Shown here piece after piece: positions 18,207-28,685 of a stretch of DNA of 64,000 nt; the first letter of the stretch is position 1; each line of letters starts with the position of its first letter. Source of the DNA: Candidatus Uhrbacteria bacterium (GTDB lineage Bacteria > Patescibacteriota > Patescibacteriia > UBA9934); the NCBI GenBank assembly GCA_963822405.1, contig CAWGHH010000002.1, positions 266,766 through 330,765 of the forward strand. The letters are read 5' to 3'. The translations under genes were made by a program, and so were the position numbers. The notes below the pieces were generated by a model that saw nothing but the letters and a program-made list of their open reading frames with translations, searched no databases and had not been told where the DNA came from.

Positions 18207-19409
18207 CTATTTCGGTAAAAATGGAAGAGGGTTTACTGGGATGCCTCCTTTGCGTACTTCGAAGTGTAAGTGAGGACCAGTTGAAAGCCCCGCGCCTTGT
18301 GCGCCAGGTTTACCACCGGACAATCCGATGATGTCGCCACGTCTAATTATTTGATCTTGCTTAACATTAAACTTAGATAAATGCGCGTACAAAGTTGCTA
18401 AACCATTTGTATGAATAATCATTACGTAGTTGCCGTAATCTTTTCCAGTTCGCGTCCAAGCAACTACACCAGGTGCAGCGGCTTCAATTGGTGTTCCAAC
18501 AGGTACTGCTATATCTAGACCCGGGTGTTCAAATAAGTACCTAAATGGATAGGTAGTGTCGTGAAATAATGTTGTAATAATTCCACGAGTAGGCCAAGTA
18601 ATGGCACTTGGATCAGGGTCATTAGCATCTATACTTGAGTCTACCGAGTTCTGTAACTCATTAATCCTATTTGTAATTGACTGCTGTTCCTGACGCAGGT
18701 CATTTACCAGTTCCCTATACTGGTCTTCGGAACTTGCAGTTTGTGCTGCCAACACCTCTTTGGCCATCTTCTTGTCTTCAAGCTGGCGAACCTGAACTTC
18801 CAATTTAACTCTCATCTCATCAAGGCCCTTAAGTTTATCTGTTTGGGTTACCAAGTCATCTTCCAGTGCGCCACGGGTAGTCTTAGTAGCGGCAACTGTT
18901 TTTCTAAGATCTCCGTTAACTGAATTCAAATCGGCCGCGGCCTTAAATACTTCGTCAAAGCTCTTAGCATTGATTAGAAGTTCCAGTGGGCTACCTTCGG
19001 CATCCTGCTTATGGATAGCAAGCAACATGCCGGCCAGCAAATCTCGTTCATGGGCTAGCTTGGCGTTTGTTTCATCAATATGACCATTGACGATTTGTAG
19101 CTCGAGTTGCGCGGTATCAATTTCCGTTTGAGTAGCGAGTACATCAAGTTGACCCATAGCTGAGTCATTTTCAATAAGCGCGATCTCATTCATTAGTGAC
19201 GATGATTTTTTTGCGTACTCGGAAATCTTCTTTTTATAGTCGCTAAGTTTTGAATTGATCGTCTGGATCTGCGCCTTACGATCCGCAATTTCTTTTTGGA
19301 GCTGAGTAGGATCAACTGCTGCGCCCTCCGCGTATAGCAAAGTCGGGCTTGCAAAGCTTGCAAGCAGGGCAGTCAGCATCATTGCCTCCCCTATCCCCCA
19401 TCGACGCAT
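18207..19409 (-). CDS. M23 family metallopeptidase with N-terminal coiled coil (EnvC/LytM-like)
   Basis: 400 aa. Signal anchor, about 250 aa coiled coil, C-terminal M23 motifs HPGLDIAVPVGTPI, YGNYVMIIH, GPHLHFEV. Confidence 0.85.
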   Translation of the reverse strand: MRRWGIGEAMMLTALLASFASPTLLYAEGAAVDPTQLQKEIADRKAQIQTINSKLSDYKKKISEYAKKSSSLMNEIALIENDSAMGQLDVLATQTEIDTAQLELQIVNGHIDETNAKLAHERDLLAGMLLAIHKQDAEGSPLELLINAKSFDEVFKAAADLNSVNGDLRKTVAATKTTRGALEDDLVTQTDKLKGLDEMRVKLEVQVRQLEDKKMAKEVLAAQTASSEDQYRELVNDLRQEQQSITNRINELQNSVDSSIDANDPDPSAITWPTRGIITTLFHDTTYPFRYLFEHPGLDIAVPVGTPIEAAAPGVVAWTRTGKDYGNYVMIIHTNGLATLYAHLSKFNVKQDQIIRRGDIIGLSGGKPGAQGAGLSTGPHLHFEVRKGGIPVNPLPFLPK

Positions 19410-19473
19410 ATGACCACTAGGTTACGGGTTGCTGGTTGCAGGCTACAATTCAACCAACAAGTGTCGCAAAACG

Positions 19474-20937
19474 TTAGTCGAGTCGCGCAATTGCCAGGTT
19501 AATTCGTCGTACTGCTTCTTCCTTGCCAAGTGCCCACAAGAGCTCAAACGGGCTAGCTGACTTTTCTGCGCCAGACAATGACACTCTAAGCGGCCACAAT
19601 ACATTTCCAGCCGAGAGTTCCTTGCCAGTAATATACTCTTTAATTGTCTTCTCGAGAACCGAAATATCCGCAAAGGTGATTTCGTTGAGTGTTTGTATAA
19701 ACTCACCAACGTCTGTCAGCTGTTTCTTTGCGTCGGCAACATCAGCTTTTTTCCAAACAAGTATGGTCGAATTGTACTCTGGCAAAGTAAGCCGACTCTT
19801 AGCAGCAAGTGCCAAATCGTCGAGCGTGTTCGAGCGTGGCTTCTCAATAATAACAGCGCGACGAGTTGTCTCGTCCGCAAGATCAAGAGCTGGCGCGAAT
19901 TTTGCCAATACACTAATCAACGCCACGTCGGTCATGGCATTCAGGTAGTGATGGTTCATCCAATCGAGCTTCTCATGATTAAGGACCGCGCCACTCTTGT
20001 TTACACGACTCACATCGAACAGCTCAATCAGCTCAGTTAGTGCGTATAATTCTTGATCAGATTTCGGGTTGAACCCAAGCGTTCCAACGAAGTTAATCAG
20101 CGTCTGTGGCAGATAGCCCTTGTTCAAATAGTCCTCAACAGCCACATCGCCCTGACGCTTAGAAAGCTTAGTCTTATCGGCGTTCAAGAGTAATGGCAAG
20201 TGACCAAACTCCGGCGCCTTCCAGCCGAACATATCGTAAAGCAAGGTCTGCTTTGGAGTTGACGGTAGCCATTCTTCACCACGCAAAACGTGAGTGATGT
20301 CCATCAGGTGATCGTCGACAACAACTGCTAGGTGATAGGTTGGAAAACCGTCTGTCTTCAAAATTACTTGGTCGTCAATTTCATTGTGACTAATGGTCAC
20401 GTCACCACGAACCAGATCGTGGAATGTGGTCGAGCCTTCTGGAATCTTCATGCGCAGTACGGAAGTTTCGCCAGCAGCCGTCTTAGCCTGCACTTCCTCC
20501 GGCGACAAACTCAAACACCGACGATCATACTTTGGCGTTTGCTTAGCAGCTGTTTGAGTAGCGCGCATTTCTTCGAGTCGCTCGGCCGTACAAAAACAAC
20601 GGTACGCGTGACCGGCGTCGAGCAATTGCATTGCGTGTCTCGTGTAGAGTTCGAGGCGCTGTGACTGCACATACGGACCGAACGCACCCTTCTCACTCAA
20701 GGTTCCGTCAGCTTGCAAAATTGGACCTTCGTCATGCGTCAGTCCCAAGCTAGCAAATGTCTTCAGGAAGCCCTCGACCGCACCCGGAACAAGCCTTTTT
20801 TGATCTGTGTCTTCAATACGAATCATGAACTCACCTCCGTACTTACGAGCATAAAAGTAATTGAAGAGCGCTGTGTGAAGCGTTCCAATGTGCATGTAAC
20901 CAGTAGGCGAAGGAGCAATACGGGTTCGGACGGACAT
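19474..20937 (-). CDS. gltX: Glutamate--tRNA ligase
   Basis: 487 aa. APSPTGYMHIGTLHTA (HIGH) and TKLSKRQG (KMSKS). Confidence 0.95.
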   Translation of the reverse strand: MSVRTRIAPSPTGYMHIGTLHTALFNYFYARKYGGEFMIRIEDTDQKRLVPGAVEGFLKTFASLGLTHDEGPILQADGTLSEKGAFGPYVQSQRLELYTRHAMQLLDAGHAYRCFCTAERLEEMRATQTAAKQTPKYDRRCLSLSPEEVQAKTAAGETSVLRMKIPEGSTTFHDLVRGDVTISHNEIDDQVILKTDGFPTYHLAVVVDDHLMDITHVLRGEEWLPSTPKQTLLYDMFGWKAPEFGHLPLLLNADKTKLSKRQGDVAVEDYLNKGYLPQTLINFVGTLGFNPKSDQELYALTELIELFDVSRVNKSGAVLNHEKLDWMNHHYLNAMTDVALISVLAKFAPALDLADETTRRAVIIEKPRSNTLDDLALAAKSRLTLPEYNSTILVWKKADVADAKKQLTDVGEFIQTLNEITFADISVLEKTIKEYITGKELSAGNVLWPLRVSLSGAEKSASPFELLWALGKEEAVRRINLAIARLD

Positions 20938-20969
20938 AGAGCAAGTTGAGGAGTTGTAAAGTTGTAAAG

Positions 20970-21809
20970 CTATCTGAAGAGTTCCTGAACGACTCGCCGC
21001 ACCGCGATGCCAAATCGTTTACGCATTAGCGCCTCCCAAGCGACGACGATCGGAAAAACAACTACTGCTCGACCGATTCGTTGCCAACGCCAGGGCTGCT
21101 TGATTAACCTCCATAACCATTCTACTCCGCGTTTGCGCCAAGCGGGAGGCGGGATCAGATTTGGATGAGACAACGTGTGGATGGCGCCGCCTACCCCAAT
21201 AAACAATCTAACCGAGGGAATTCTATCTTTCATCGCCATTATCACCTTTTCTTGCTTGCCTTGCCTACGTCCCCTCCCCTGTCCAAGAGCCACCGCGACG
21301 ACAACTGGTTCAAGCGAACCAACTCGCGCCAGACTTGCCTCAGATAATCTTGGTGTTACGTCGTCAACTATGCCGGGATCGAGCGGAACAACATCAAGGG
21401 TTGGAAATTTCTGTTTGAAGAGCGCGCCTACAGTTTCCGGTTCCTTACCAGAACCGCCGAGCAGTAGTAATCGTTTGCCTTCAAGCGAACAAAGTTCCGC
21501 TAAAAGCTCAAGTGTCGCAACTCCAGTATGACGAGATTGCAAAACTTCACCGTCCTCAAGAGCCGCGCTCGCAAACCGAAGTCCAGTGCCGTCAGGAATT
21601 GCCAAATCAGCATGATCAAGAATTGATCTGAACTCAGGATCCCCCATGGCTGACAATAACATCTCTGGATTTGGAGTCACTACTACTGCCGTTTGATCCC
21701 CTCGAATAATTGAAAGCAATTTCTCCCGTAATTCAACGCTCGTAAGATCGTCAATTTTGACGCCGAGAAGTTTGTGTTGATTAGCTGCCATAGTTGCGTC
21801 GTAAAACAC
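20970..21809 (-). CDS. WecB/TagA/CpsF-family glycosyltransferase
   Basis: 279 aa. LLGVKIDDLT..., VTPNPEML, LAIPDGTGL, RLFIGVGG..., C-terminal WRLIKQPWRWQR. Family-typical pattern. Confidence 0.75.
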   Translation of the reverse strand: MFYDATMAANQHKLLGVKIDDLTSVELREKLLSIIRGDQTAVVVTPNPEMLLSAMGDPEFRSILDHADLAIPDGTGLRFASAALEDGEVLQSRHTGVATLELLAELCSLEGKRLLLLGGSGKEPETVGALFKQKFPTLDVVPLDPGIVDDVTPRLSEASLARVGSLEPVVVAVALGQGRGRRQGKQEKVIMAMKDRIPSVRLFIGVGGAIHTLSHPNLIPPPAWRKRGVEWLWRLIKQPWRWQRIGRAVVVFPIVVAWEALMRKRFGIAVRRVVQELFR

Positions 21810-22240
21810 TAGTTCTTGCGTCTCAAAATAAGCGTTGAAATTATAACGAACGTTCCCGCGCCAAGTACATCCATCAGCAGGTCTTTCATGGTGTCAGCTA
21901 CTCCCGGCTGCATAGGAATAAACGAAACGAATTCTCTGGCGTGGAGTACATCAAGCAGAAACTCATGCCACTCCCAAGCGATTCCAATAAACGACGCAAA
22001 GCCAATCATGGCAATTGCTTTAATTAGTAACGGTATACTATCCATGACCTTCTTTTCATAAAGACCTAACCCCTTATCCCAAGCGACATAGGCCAACCAA
22101 GCAATAGTGACCCCGCCCAAAAAGTGCATCGGGATATCAAACCACTTCCAGACGCCATAAAGACCGCTCGTGACAGCCAAAAAATTTATTCCGTAGACTA
22201 ACGCCGCCGGACCAAAGAGCTTGAAAAGTGTTTTTATCAT
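21809..22240 (-). CDS. Membrane protein, 143 aa, unknown function
   Basis: Four hydrophobic helices. 1-nt overlap with the downstream gene. Confidence 0.45.
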   Translation of the reverse strand: MIKTLFKLFGPAALVYGINFLAVTSGLYGVWKWFDIPMHFLGGVTIAWLAYVAWDKGLGLYEKKVMDSIPLLIKAIAMIGFASFIGIAWEWHEFLLDVLHAREFVSFIPMQPGVADTMKDLLMDVLGAGTFVIISTLILRRKN

Positions 22241-22283
22241 AAAATGGCTTATCTATTGTACAAAAATGACGGGGAAAAACAAG

Positions 22284-22324
22284 TTGACATAGATTATTTA
22301 GCACTCTAAAATGATGAGTGCTAA
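22284..22324 (+). promoter_or_regulatory. sigma-A-type promoter overlapped by a perfect CIRCE (HrcA operator) upstream of clpB
   Basis: -35 TTGACA (22284-22289), 17-bp spacer, -10 TAAAAT (22307-22312). CIRCE TTAGCACTC-N9-GAGTGCTAA at 22298-22324 matches the consensus exactly. Confidence 0.85.
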
Positions 22325-22364
22325 CCCTCGGCTTTCGCCTACGGGCAAGCCCGCACCCCCACAT

Positions 22365-24995
22365 ATGACGCCCAACAATTTTACCAGCAAATCCCAAGAA
22401 GCAATCCAAAGCGCGCAAATGATTGCGAACGCTAACGGCCAGCAAGGCGTTGAGCCTATTCACCTTCTTACTTCTCTAGTTGCTCAAGAAGAAGGGTTTG
22501 TAGTTACAGTTCTTAAAAAAATGGAAGTTTCTATTCCGGCTCTCCGAGCTGATATTGGTCGAGTGCTTGAATCACTCCCAAAAGTCAGCACGCTTGAACG
22601 TGGTCCTAACGGCCAGGTCATGCTCACTCCCCCGCTTGCCCAAGCCCTTCAGGTAGCCACCCAAAAAGCTTCCGGCTTTGGCGACGATTACATCTCTACC
22701 GAGCATCTCTTCTTAGGTCTTATTGGCGATCGTCTACTTCATGATCTCCTCTCTGTGCACGCTATCACGGAAGACGCAGTACTCGCTGCTCTCAAGGAAC
22801 TACGCGGTAGCCAGAAAGTTGATTCAGCTGAACCGGAAACAAAGTTTCAAGCAATAGAGAAGTACAGCATGAACCTCACGGAACGTGCTCGTCATGGCAA
22901 GCTTGATCCAATTATTGGTCGAGACGAGGAGATTCGCCGCGTCATGCAGGTACTGTCTCGCCGCACAAAAAATAACCCCGTGCTTATTGGCGAGGCTGGC
23001 GTCGGCAAAACTTCTATTGTCGAGGGTTTGGCTCAGCGCATAGTTGCCGGCGACGTTCCCGAAACACTCAAAAACAAGGAGGTCGTCTCTCTGGATCTTG
23101 GAGCGTTGATCGCCGGCACAAAGTTCCGCGGCGAATTCGAAGAACGCCTCAAGGCCGTCATGCGCGAGATCCAACAGGCTTCCGGCAAGTACATTTTGTT
23201 TATCGACGAATTACACATGCTCGTCGGTGCCGGCAAAAGCGACGACTCCCCAATGGACGCAAGCAACCTACTCAAGCCCGCACTCTCCCGTGGTGAGCTG
23301 CGAGTGATTGGCGCGACGACTACGAAGGAATATCACAAACACATTGAAAAGGACCAAGCACTCGAACGTCGGTTCCAGCCGATTTTTGTACACGAGCCGA
23401 ACATTCCTGACGCCATTGCCATGTTGCGCGGTCTCAAAGAAAAGTATGAGCTTCATCACGGCGTGCGCATTTCCGATGGCGCCATTGTTTCAGCCGTCGA
23501 ACTTTCCGCTCGGTATATCTCTGATCGTCAGCTCCCTGACAAGGCAGTTGACTTGATCGACGAGGCTGCGAGTGCCCTCCGACTACAAATCGAATCAATG
23601 CCCGAAGAACTCGATAGATTCAAGCGCGAAGAAATGCGACTTGATATTGAGCGTCGCGCCCTACTCAAGGAAGAGGACGATGATTCAAAAACTCGCCTCA
23701 AAGATATCGAACGTTTACTAGCCGACGCCAAAGAAAAATCGGCATCTCTTGAAATTCGCTGGAAGGGCGAAAAAGACATTATTGGAAAGATTCGTGACGT
23801 GAAAGCAGAGATCGACAGATTGACGAGCGAGGCGGATTTCGAGGAGCGTCGAGGTAACTTGGAAATCGTCGCCGAGATTCGGTACGGCAACATTCCTGCG
23901 CAACGGGCAGAATTCGAAAAGCTAGAAAATGAACTCCGCAAGTTTCAAGCCGAACGCGGTCTCTTGAAAGAAGTCATCACCGAGGAAGACATTGCGCACG
24001 TTGTCGCTCGCTGGACGAATATTCCCGTCTCGAAAATGCTCGAAAGTGAAATGACGAAGCTCACGCGCATGGAAGATGAGCTGAAGCAACGAGTAGTTGG
24101 CCAAGCAGAGGCCATCACCGCCGTCTCAAACGCGCTCAGACGTTCCCGCGCCGGCATCAGTGAAGAGAAGCGACCTATCGGTTCCTTCATCTTCCTGGGA
24201 CCAACGGGCGTCGGCAAGACTGAACTTGCAAAAGCCCTCGCTAGCTTCATGTTCAATGACGAGAAGTCGCTCATCAGACTCGACATGAGCGAATACATGG
24301 AACGTCACAGCGTCAGCAAAATGATCGGCTCCCCTCCTGGCTACATTGGCTATGACGAGGGCGGTCAGCTGACGGACATGGTGCGTAGACATCCCTACGC
24401 CGTCGTACTGTTCGACGAGATCGAAAAAGCACATCCCGAAGTCTTTAACTTGCTCTTACAGATTCTTGAAGATGGTCGGTTAACGGACGCTAAAGGACGC
24501 GTGGTCAACTTCAAAAACACCATCGTCATCATGACGAGCAATCTTGGATCCGACGCGATTCTCTCTAATGGCAAACTCGATGGTATTGGGTTCGGTGAAT
24601 TGAAGACGGACAAAGTCGACATCACCAAGAACAAAATCATGGAGTTGCTCAAAGAACAGTTCCGTCCCGAGTTCTTGAACCGTATTGACGACATCATCGT
24701 CTTCCACGCGCTCAGCGCAGAAAATATCGAGGGTGTAGTCGAACTCCAACTGCAACTCATCGCCGACCGTCTCATGGAACAGCGTAAAATTTCGCTCAAG
24801 GTTACTGATCGAGCAAAAAAGTTGCTCGCAGAAAAAGGGTACGATCCGCATTATGGCGCTCGGCCTCTCAAGCGCGTCATTCAACACATGATCCTTGATC
24901 CTCTCGCCATGAAGATCGTCTCCGGCGAAGTAAAGGAGGATGGATCCGTAACGGTCGACGCAAAGAAAGACGAAATAGAAATCAAAACCAAGTAA
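22365..24995 (+). CDS. clpB: Chaperone ClpB (two AAA+ modules)
   Basis: Clp N-domain, Walker A GEAGVGKT and GPTGVGKT, middle coiled coil. Start set at [15 protein letters not shown] because the track start at 22311 lies inside the CIRCE operator. Confidence 0.95.
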   Translation: MTPNNFTSKSQEAIQSAQMIANANGQQGVEPIHLLTSLVAQEEGFVVTVLKKMEVSIPALRADIGRVLESLPKVSTLERGPNGQVMLTPPLAQALQVATQKASGFGDDYISTEHLFLGLIGDRLLHDLLSVHAITEDAVLAALKELRGSQKVDSAEPETKFQAIEKYSMNLTERARHGKLDPIIGRDEEIRRVMQVLSRRTKNNPVLIGEAGVGKTSIVEGLAQRIVAGDVPETLKNKEVVSLDLGALIAGTKFRGEFEERLKAVMREIQQASGKYILFIDELHMLVGAGKSDDSPMDASNLLKPALSRGELRVIGATTTKEYHKHIEKDQALERRFQPIFVHEPNIPDAIAMLRGLKEKYELHHGVRISDGAIVSAVELSARYISDRQLPDKAVDLIDEAASALRLQIESMPEELDRFKREEMRLDIERRALLKEEDDDSKTRLKDIERLLADAKEKSASLEIRWKGEKDIIGKIRDVKAEIDRLTSEADFEERRGNLEIVAEIRYGNIPAQRAEFEKLENELRKFQAERGLLKEVITEEDIAHVVARWTNIPVSKMLESEMTKLTRMEDELKQRVVGQAEAITAVSNALRRSRAGISEEKRPIGSFIFLGPTGVGKTELAKALASFMFNDEKSLIRLDMSEYMERHSVSKMIGSPPGYIGYDEGGQLTDMVRRHPYAVVLFDEIEKAHPEVFNLLLQILEDGRLTDAKGRVVNFKNTIVIMTSNLGSDAILSNGKLDGIGFGELKTDKVDITKNKIMELLKEQFRPEFLNRIDDIIVFHALSAENIEGVVELQLQLIADRLMEQRKISLKVTDRAKKLLAEKGYDPHYGARPLKRVIQHMILDPLAMKIVSGEVKEDGSVTVDAKKDEIEIKTK

Positions 24996-25003
24996 ACAGA
25001 AAA

Positions 25004-25030
25004 GAGGCTCAGGGGAAGCCTCTTTTTCTT
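25004..25030. terminator. Hairpin terminator between convergent clpB and the 102-aa ORF
   Basis: gaggctc-agggga-agcctc then TTTTTCTT. Confidence 0.5.
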
Positions 25031-25337
25031 ATGTTGCTGGTTTGAAAACCAACCTGTGATCATTCGCGAACTTGTCGAGTCGTTCCTCAACAAATCCCTT
25101 AGAAGCCATCTGTGTGTCCATTTTCTTTTCGACACTGTCCAACTTATTCTCAACCCGACCCAATCGAACCTCCACGCTATCTATACGGCTGTGGATAAGA
25201 TCGAACTGAGGGATGAGATTGTGTTCCATGATACTCGAGAATTTCTCATCGAAGATCCTAGGTACATGTTCCTCAATAACCTCAACAATCACAGCTTTTA
25301 TCTCTAACAAATCCTGTTTATTCATACATTCAAACAT
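25029..25337 (-). CDS. Hypothetical coiled-coil protein, 102 aa
   Basis: Track ORF with heptad-like C-terminal part (RIDSVEVRLGRVENKLDSVEKKMD). No family recognised. Its stop overlaps the terminator hairpin. Confidence 0.3.
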   Translation of the reverse strand: MFECMNKQDLLEIKAVIVEVIEEHVPRIFDEKFSSIMEHNLIPQFDLIHSRIDSVEVRLGRVENKLDSVEKKMDTQMASKGFVEERLDKFANDHRLVFKPAT

Positions 25338-25371
25338 TAAGAATTAGATCTCACGTACTGGGGAGTTATTT

Positions 25372-26515
25372 CTATTTTATCACACCACTCCCAACCGCCT
25401 CTTTAACATTCCTGAACCCATCTCTTCGTAGTAGCTCAGCGAGTCCTTTATTAATTTCGCCGATTACCTGCGGAACCTTGGAAAATCATCCCAGTGATCA
25501 GCTGGACGAGTGAGGCGCCTCGACAAATCTTCGCGTAGGCGTCTTCGGCCGTGAAGATTCCGCCGGTGCCGATGATGACGAATCGGTTGCCGGTCGTTTT
25601 ATATAAATGCTCAATCAGGGCGAGGGACGCATCAGAAGTTGGCTTGCCGCTGATTCCGCCTTTAGTGATGCCGGCAATTTCTGTCTGATCGATTTCCGGA
25701 CGATCGCGCTTCTTAGTTAGGTTCGACAAAATGATTCCGTGTACGCGATGTCGTTTGCAGACGTCGACCAAACCGTCCAGCTCCCCCGTCAGCAAATCCA
25801 CCGGCATCTTGATGAAGATTGGTTTACTAGTAGCAATCTTGTCGAGTTCAGTCATTAACAGTTCGAGTCGTTCAGGAGTTGTGAAAGGCTCTCCCCCGCA
25901 CGTGTTCGGACAACTAATGTTGATCGTAAAAAATTGCCCGATGTCGACAAACGCTCTGAACGCCTTGGCGTAGTCGTTGATGCCGTCCTGCAGTTCAACG
26001 GTCGACGCGTCATTGGTCTTCGCTACACTTATCCCAATCGGCAGCGGGAAGGTCTTACCCTTAAGCCTCGACGAGATTGCTTCTGCTCCATCGTTCTTCA
26101 GTCCGTAGTAGACGACTAGCCCTTTACTCTTTGGTAACCGCCATAATCGAGGTCTCGGATTCCCCGCGCACGCCTCCCCCGTGATAGAGCCAACTTCCTC
26201 AAAGCCAAAACCTACCGCCGCCATCACGTTTGGCAACTGCGCGTTCTTATCGAACCCCGCCGACAAGCCAACTGGATTCGCAAAATGTATTCCAAGAATG
26301 TTCTGTTCAAGGATCGCGTCGTCATAACGGTAATTCAAGCGCGCGAGCCCTCGCAATGGTGCAACCGAGCCAATTACTCGACCAGCCAACGTAAACGCAT
26401 CATGGACATCTTCTGGGTCGCGTTTAAAAATAATCGGCTTTAATATATTTTGATAAGCCCAGGCCTGAAGTTTTGTGGCGAACATATTACAAACGACCGA
26501 GATCGAACTTTCCAT
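25372..26515 (-). pseudogene. pyrD: Dihydroorotate dehydrogenase (quinone, class 2) with apparent 1-nt frameshift near the 3' end
   Basis: Class 2 DHODH motifs GFGFEEVGSIT, NISCPNT, IGTGGI. The annotated frame ends prematurely (...ITGMIFQGSAGNRRN, stop at 25451). Shifting 1 nt at about 25472 restores a canonical C-terminus GPQVIGEINKGLAELLRRDGFRNVKEAVGSGVIK ending at 25372. Confidence 0.7.
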
Positions 26516-27227
26516 TCACTGTACACTTCTCTTTTATTTGTTTGGCAAGACTCTGAATATCGTCCTCAAACAAACTTGAATATTCTTCTTCCTCAAATAA
26601 CTTCATCACAATCCCAATCATTTCTTGGTAGAAATTCGCGTCACCTGTAAGTCTCTCCCAAAAATCCTGACCAACATAGATTGGAATATGTGGTTGTTGA
26701 CCGATTGTCTCGTCGTGAATCTTCTTGTAATGCCCGCTAATCTGGTCGAGTGTTCCGTACGTAATCCCAATTGCAAAAGTCGGGATAGTCGCCGCTCTAT
26801 TCTGAAGCAATAATCTATAGGCCGTCTTCATCTCATCCAATATCGGCTTCACATCACCTGCATTGATCGTATTTGGACCAGACTTCAGCTGCATGACTAT
26901 CCTTCCACCCTCTTTCTTGTTCTCAAATTCAATATCCATTCCAGCTGTGCTCGAAGCTTGCGCACCAAGCTGTTGAGTGCAGAGTCTCTGCATCATGTCC
27001 CCAAAAGTTGTGCTAACCGACGTCCCGAATACTCGAGGATACAAGAGAGCCTTCGCGACATTCTCTGGGGTGCACTCCCCCAAAATACCGCTAGACAACG
27101 CAGCTATAGCGAATGGATTTACGTTAAACTTTGATAGCTTGTGCCCACTTTCTAATTTTGCTCGAAGTACATCAGCGAATTCAATTTTGAAATACTCACG
27201 AATCACCTTTTCGGTTTGTTTATCCAT
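26487..27227 (-). CDS. Putative type II restriction endonuclease (PD-(D/E)XK-like), partner of the adjacent m5C methyltransferase
   Basis: 246 aa. Divergently arranged against an m5C MTase, sharing an 82-bp promoter region. Candidate nuclease motif GMDIEFEN...VMQLKSG (D...QxK). Family not recognised; the call rests on context. Confidence 0.45.
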   Translation of the reverse strand: MDKQTEKVIREYFKIEFADVLRAKLESGHKLSKFNVNPFAIAALSSGILGECTPENVAKALLYPRVFGTSVSTTFGDMMQRLCTQQLGAQASSTAGMDIEFENKKEGGRIVMQLKSGPNTINAGDVKPILDEMKTAYRLLLQNRAATIPTFAIGITYGTLDQISGHYKKIHDETIGQQPHIPIYVGQDFWERLTGDANFYQEMIGIVMKLFEEEEYSSLFEDDIQSLAKQIKEKCTVNGKFDLGRL

Positions 27228-27273
27228 AATGGAAAAGCATAGACCTTTGGTACATTTTTGTCACTTATGAACA

Positions 27274-27302
27274 AGTAACCACTGCATAAGGCAATGGTTA
27301 CT
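27274..27302. promoter_or_regulatory. Near-perfect 29-bp palindrome in the R/M divergent promoter, candidate operator for the MTase N-terminal HTH
   Basis: AGTAACCACTGC-ataag-GCAATGGTTACT (11/12 arm match). Sits directly upstream of TATACT and the methyltransferase ATG at 27310. Confidence 0.55.
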
Positions 27303-27309
27303 ATATACT

Positions 27310-28548
27310 ATGTCTGCTATGCCAAAACTTCTTTCGGTTATCGAAGCTTCACTCCGGATCGGCGTCTCCTCTGACACTATTCGTCGCTGGGACAAAAAAG
27401 GATTAATCAAAGCCCAACGCTCCCCGCTTAATCATCGTCTATTCGATTTCGATGAAATCATGCGTTTGCATAACAAAATATCAGGCACAAGTAGTGGAAA
27501 CAACTACAAAGTACTTAGAACAAACAAGAAATCGGGATATACGGCTATTGAACTATTCGCCGGAGCAGGCGGAACTGCCCTAGGATTCGACAACGCTGGG
27601 ATCGACCATACTCTCCTCACCGATTGGGACAAAGACTCGACCGACACGTTAAAATTCAACAAACCAAATTGGAACGTTGTTCGTGATGACGTGCGAAACA
27701 TCGACTTTTCAAAAAAAGACGCAGATATAGTAGAAGGCGGCTTCCCTTGTCAATCCTTCAGCTTCGCCGGCAAGAAACTCGGCTTCAGCGATATACGAGG
27801 AACAATGTTTTTCGAATTCGCACGTTGCCTTAAAGAAGTCCAACCAAAAATTGCCATGGGTGAAAATGTTCGTGGCCTCCTCGCGCACGAAGACGGACGA
27901 ACCCTCAAAACGATCATCGGCATCATGAAGGACTTAGGCTATAACGTCGCTTACAAAATTCTCCGCGCTCAATATCTCGATGTTCCGCAAAAACGCGAGC
28001 GCCTCATCATTATCGGCATTCGCAAGGATCTCGATCTCCCGATTCTCTTCCCGCGAGAAAGAGATTACACAATCTCAATGAAGGAAGCGTTGGCCGAATG
28101 TCCACTTTCAGACGGACAATCATATCCAGATAAAAAACGAGCGGTCATGGAATTGATACCAGCGGGTGGGTATTGGAAAGACTTGCCAGTACCGATGCAA
28201 AAAAAATACATGGGAGCTAGCTATTACATGGGCGGTGGAAAAACCGGCATGGCTCGTCGCCTCTCTTGGGATGAACCGAGCCTCACGCTTACCTGCGCGC
28301 CAGCACAAAAACAAACCGAGCGTTGTCATCCGAGCGAGACTCGACCCCTCACGGTTCGCGAGTACGCCCGTATTCAAACCTTTCCCGATTCTTGGGACTT
28401 CTCAGGCTCGACCACATCCCAATATAAGCAGATAGGAAATGCTGTCCCCGTAAACCTCGGATTCCATATCGGCACATGTCTAAAAGCATCCCTCAATGGC
28501 AATGCCGACGAGAAAACCATGGAACTTGCTGAACCAATCGAAAACTAA
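27310..28548 (+). CDS. DNA (cytosine-5)-methyltransferase with N-terminal MerR-type HTH domain
   Basis: 412 aa. N-terminal LLSVIEASLRIGVSSDTIRRWDKKGLIKAQR (MerR-like HTH). m5C motifs I ELFAGAGG, IV GFPCQSFSFAGK, VI ENVRGL, VIII QRRERLIIIG. Confidence 0.9.
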   Translation: MSAMPKLLSVIEASLRIGVSSDTIRRWDKKGLIKAQRSPLNHRLFDFDEIMRLHNKISGTSSGNNYKVLRTNKKSGYTAIELFAGAGGTALGFDNAGIDHTLLTDWDKDSTDTLKFNKPNWNVVRDDVRNIDFSKKDADIVEGGFPCQSFSFAGKKLGFSDIRGTMFFEFARCLKEVQPKIAMGENVRGLLAHEDGRTLKTIIGIMKDLGYNVAYKILRAQYLDVPQKRERLIIIGIRKDLDLPILFPRERDYTISMKEALAECPLSDGQSYPDKKRAVMELIPAGGYWKDLPVPMQKKYMGASYYMGGGKTGMARRLSWDEPSLTLTCAPAQKQTERCHPSETRPLTVREYARIQTFPDSWDFSGSTTSQYKQIGNAVPVNLGFHIGTCLKASLNGNADEKTMELAEPIEN

Positions 28549-28560
28549 TCAACACAAAAA

Positions 28561-28587
28561 CACGAGCCACTTAGACTCGTGTTTTAT
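28561..28587. terminator. Bidirectional hairpin terminator
   Basis: aaaaacacgag-ccacttaga-ctcgtgtttt, with T-runs on both strands, between the MTase (+) and the Cas2-like gene (-). Confidence 0.55.
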
Positions 28588-28685
28588 GTTACTAACATCC
28601 AATGTATATTTCATTTCTCATTGGTTTCGCATGGCTCAAACACGGTCTACGAATGTATGCCACGACCAACCAGAAGAAATTATTG

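Noticed and set aside
18199-18310. Small plus-strand ORF (MEEGLLGCLLCV...) after repeat copy 2
   Set aside because: It is fully antisense to the 3' end of the M23 peptidase gene.
22311-22364. Upstream ATG start for clpB
   Set aside because: The ATG lies inside the CIRCE operator and -10 box. The conserved ClpB N-terminus begins at 22365.
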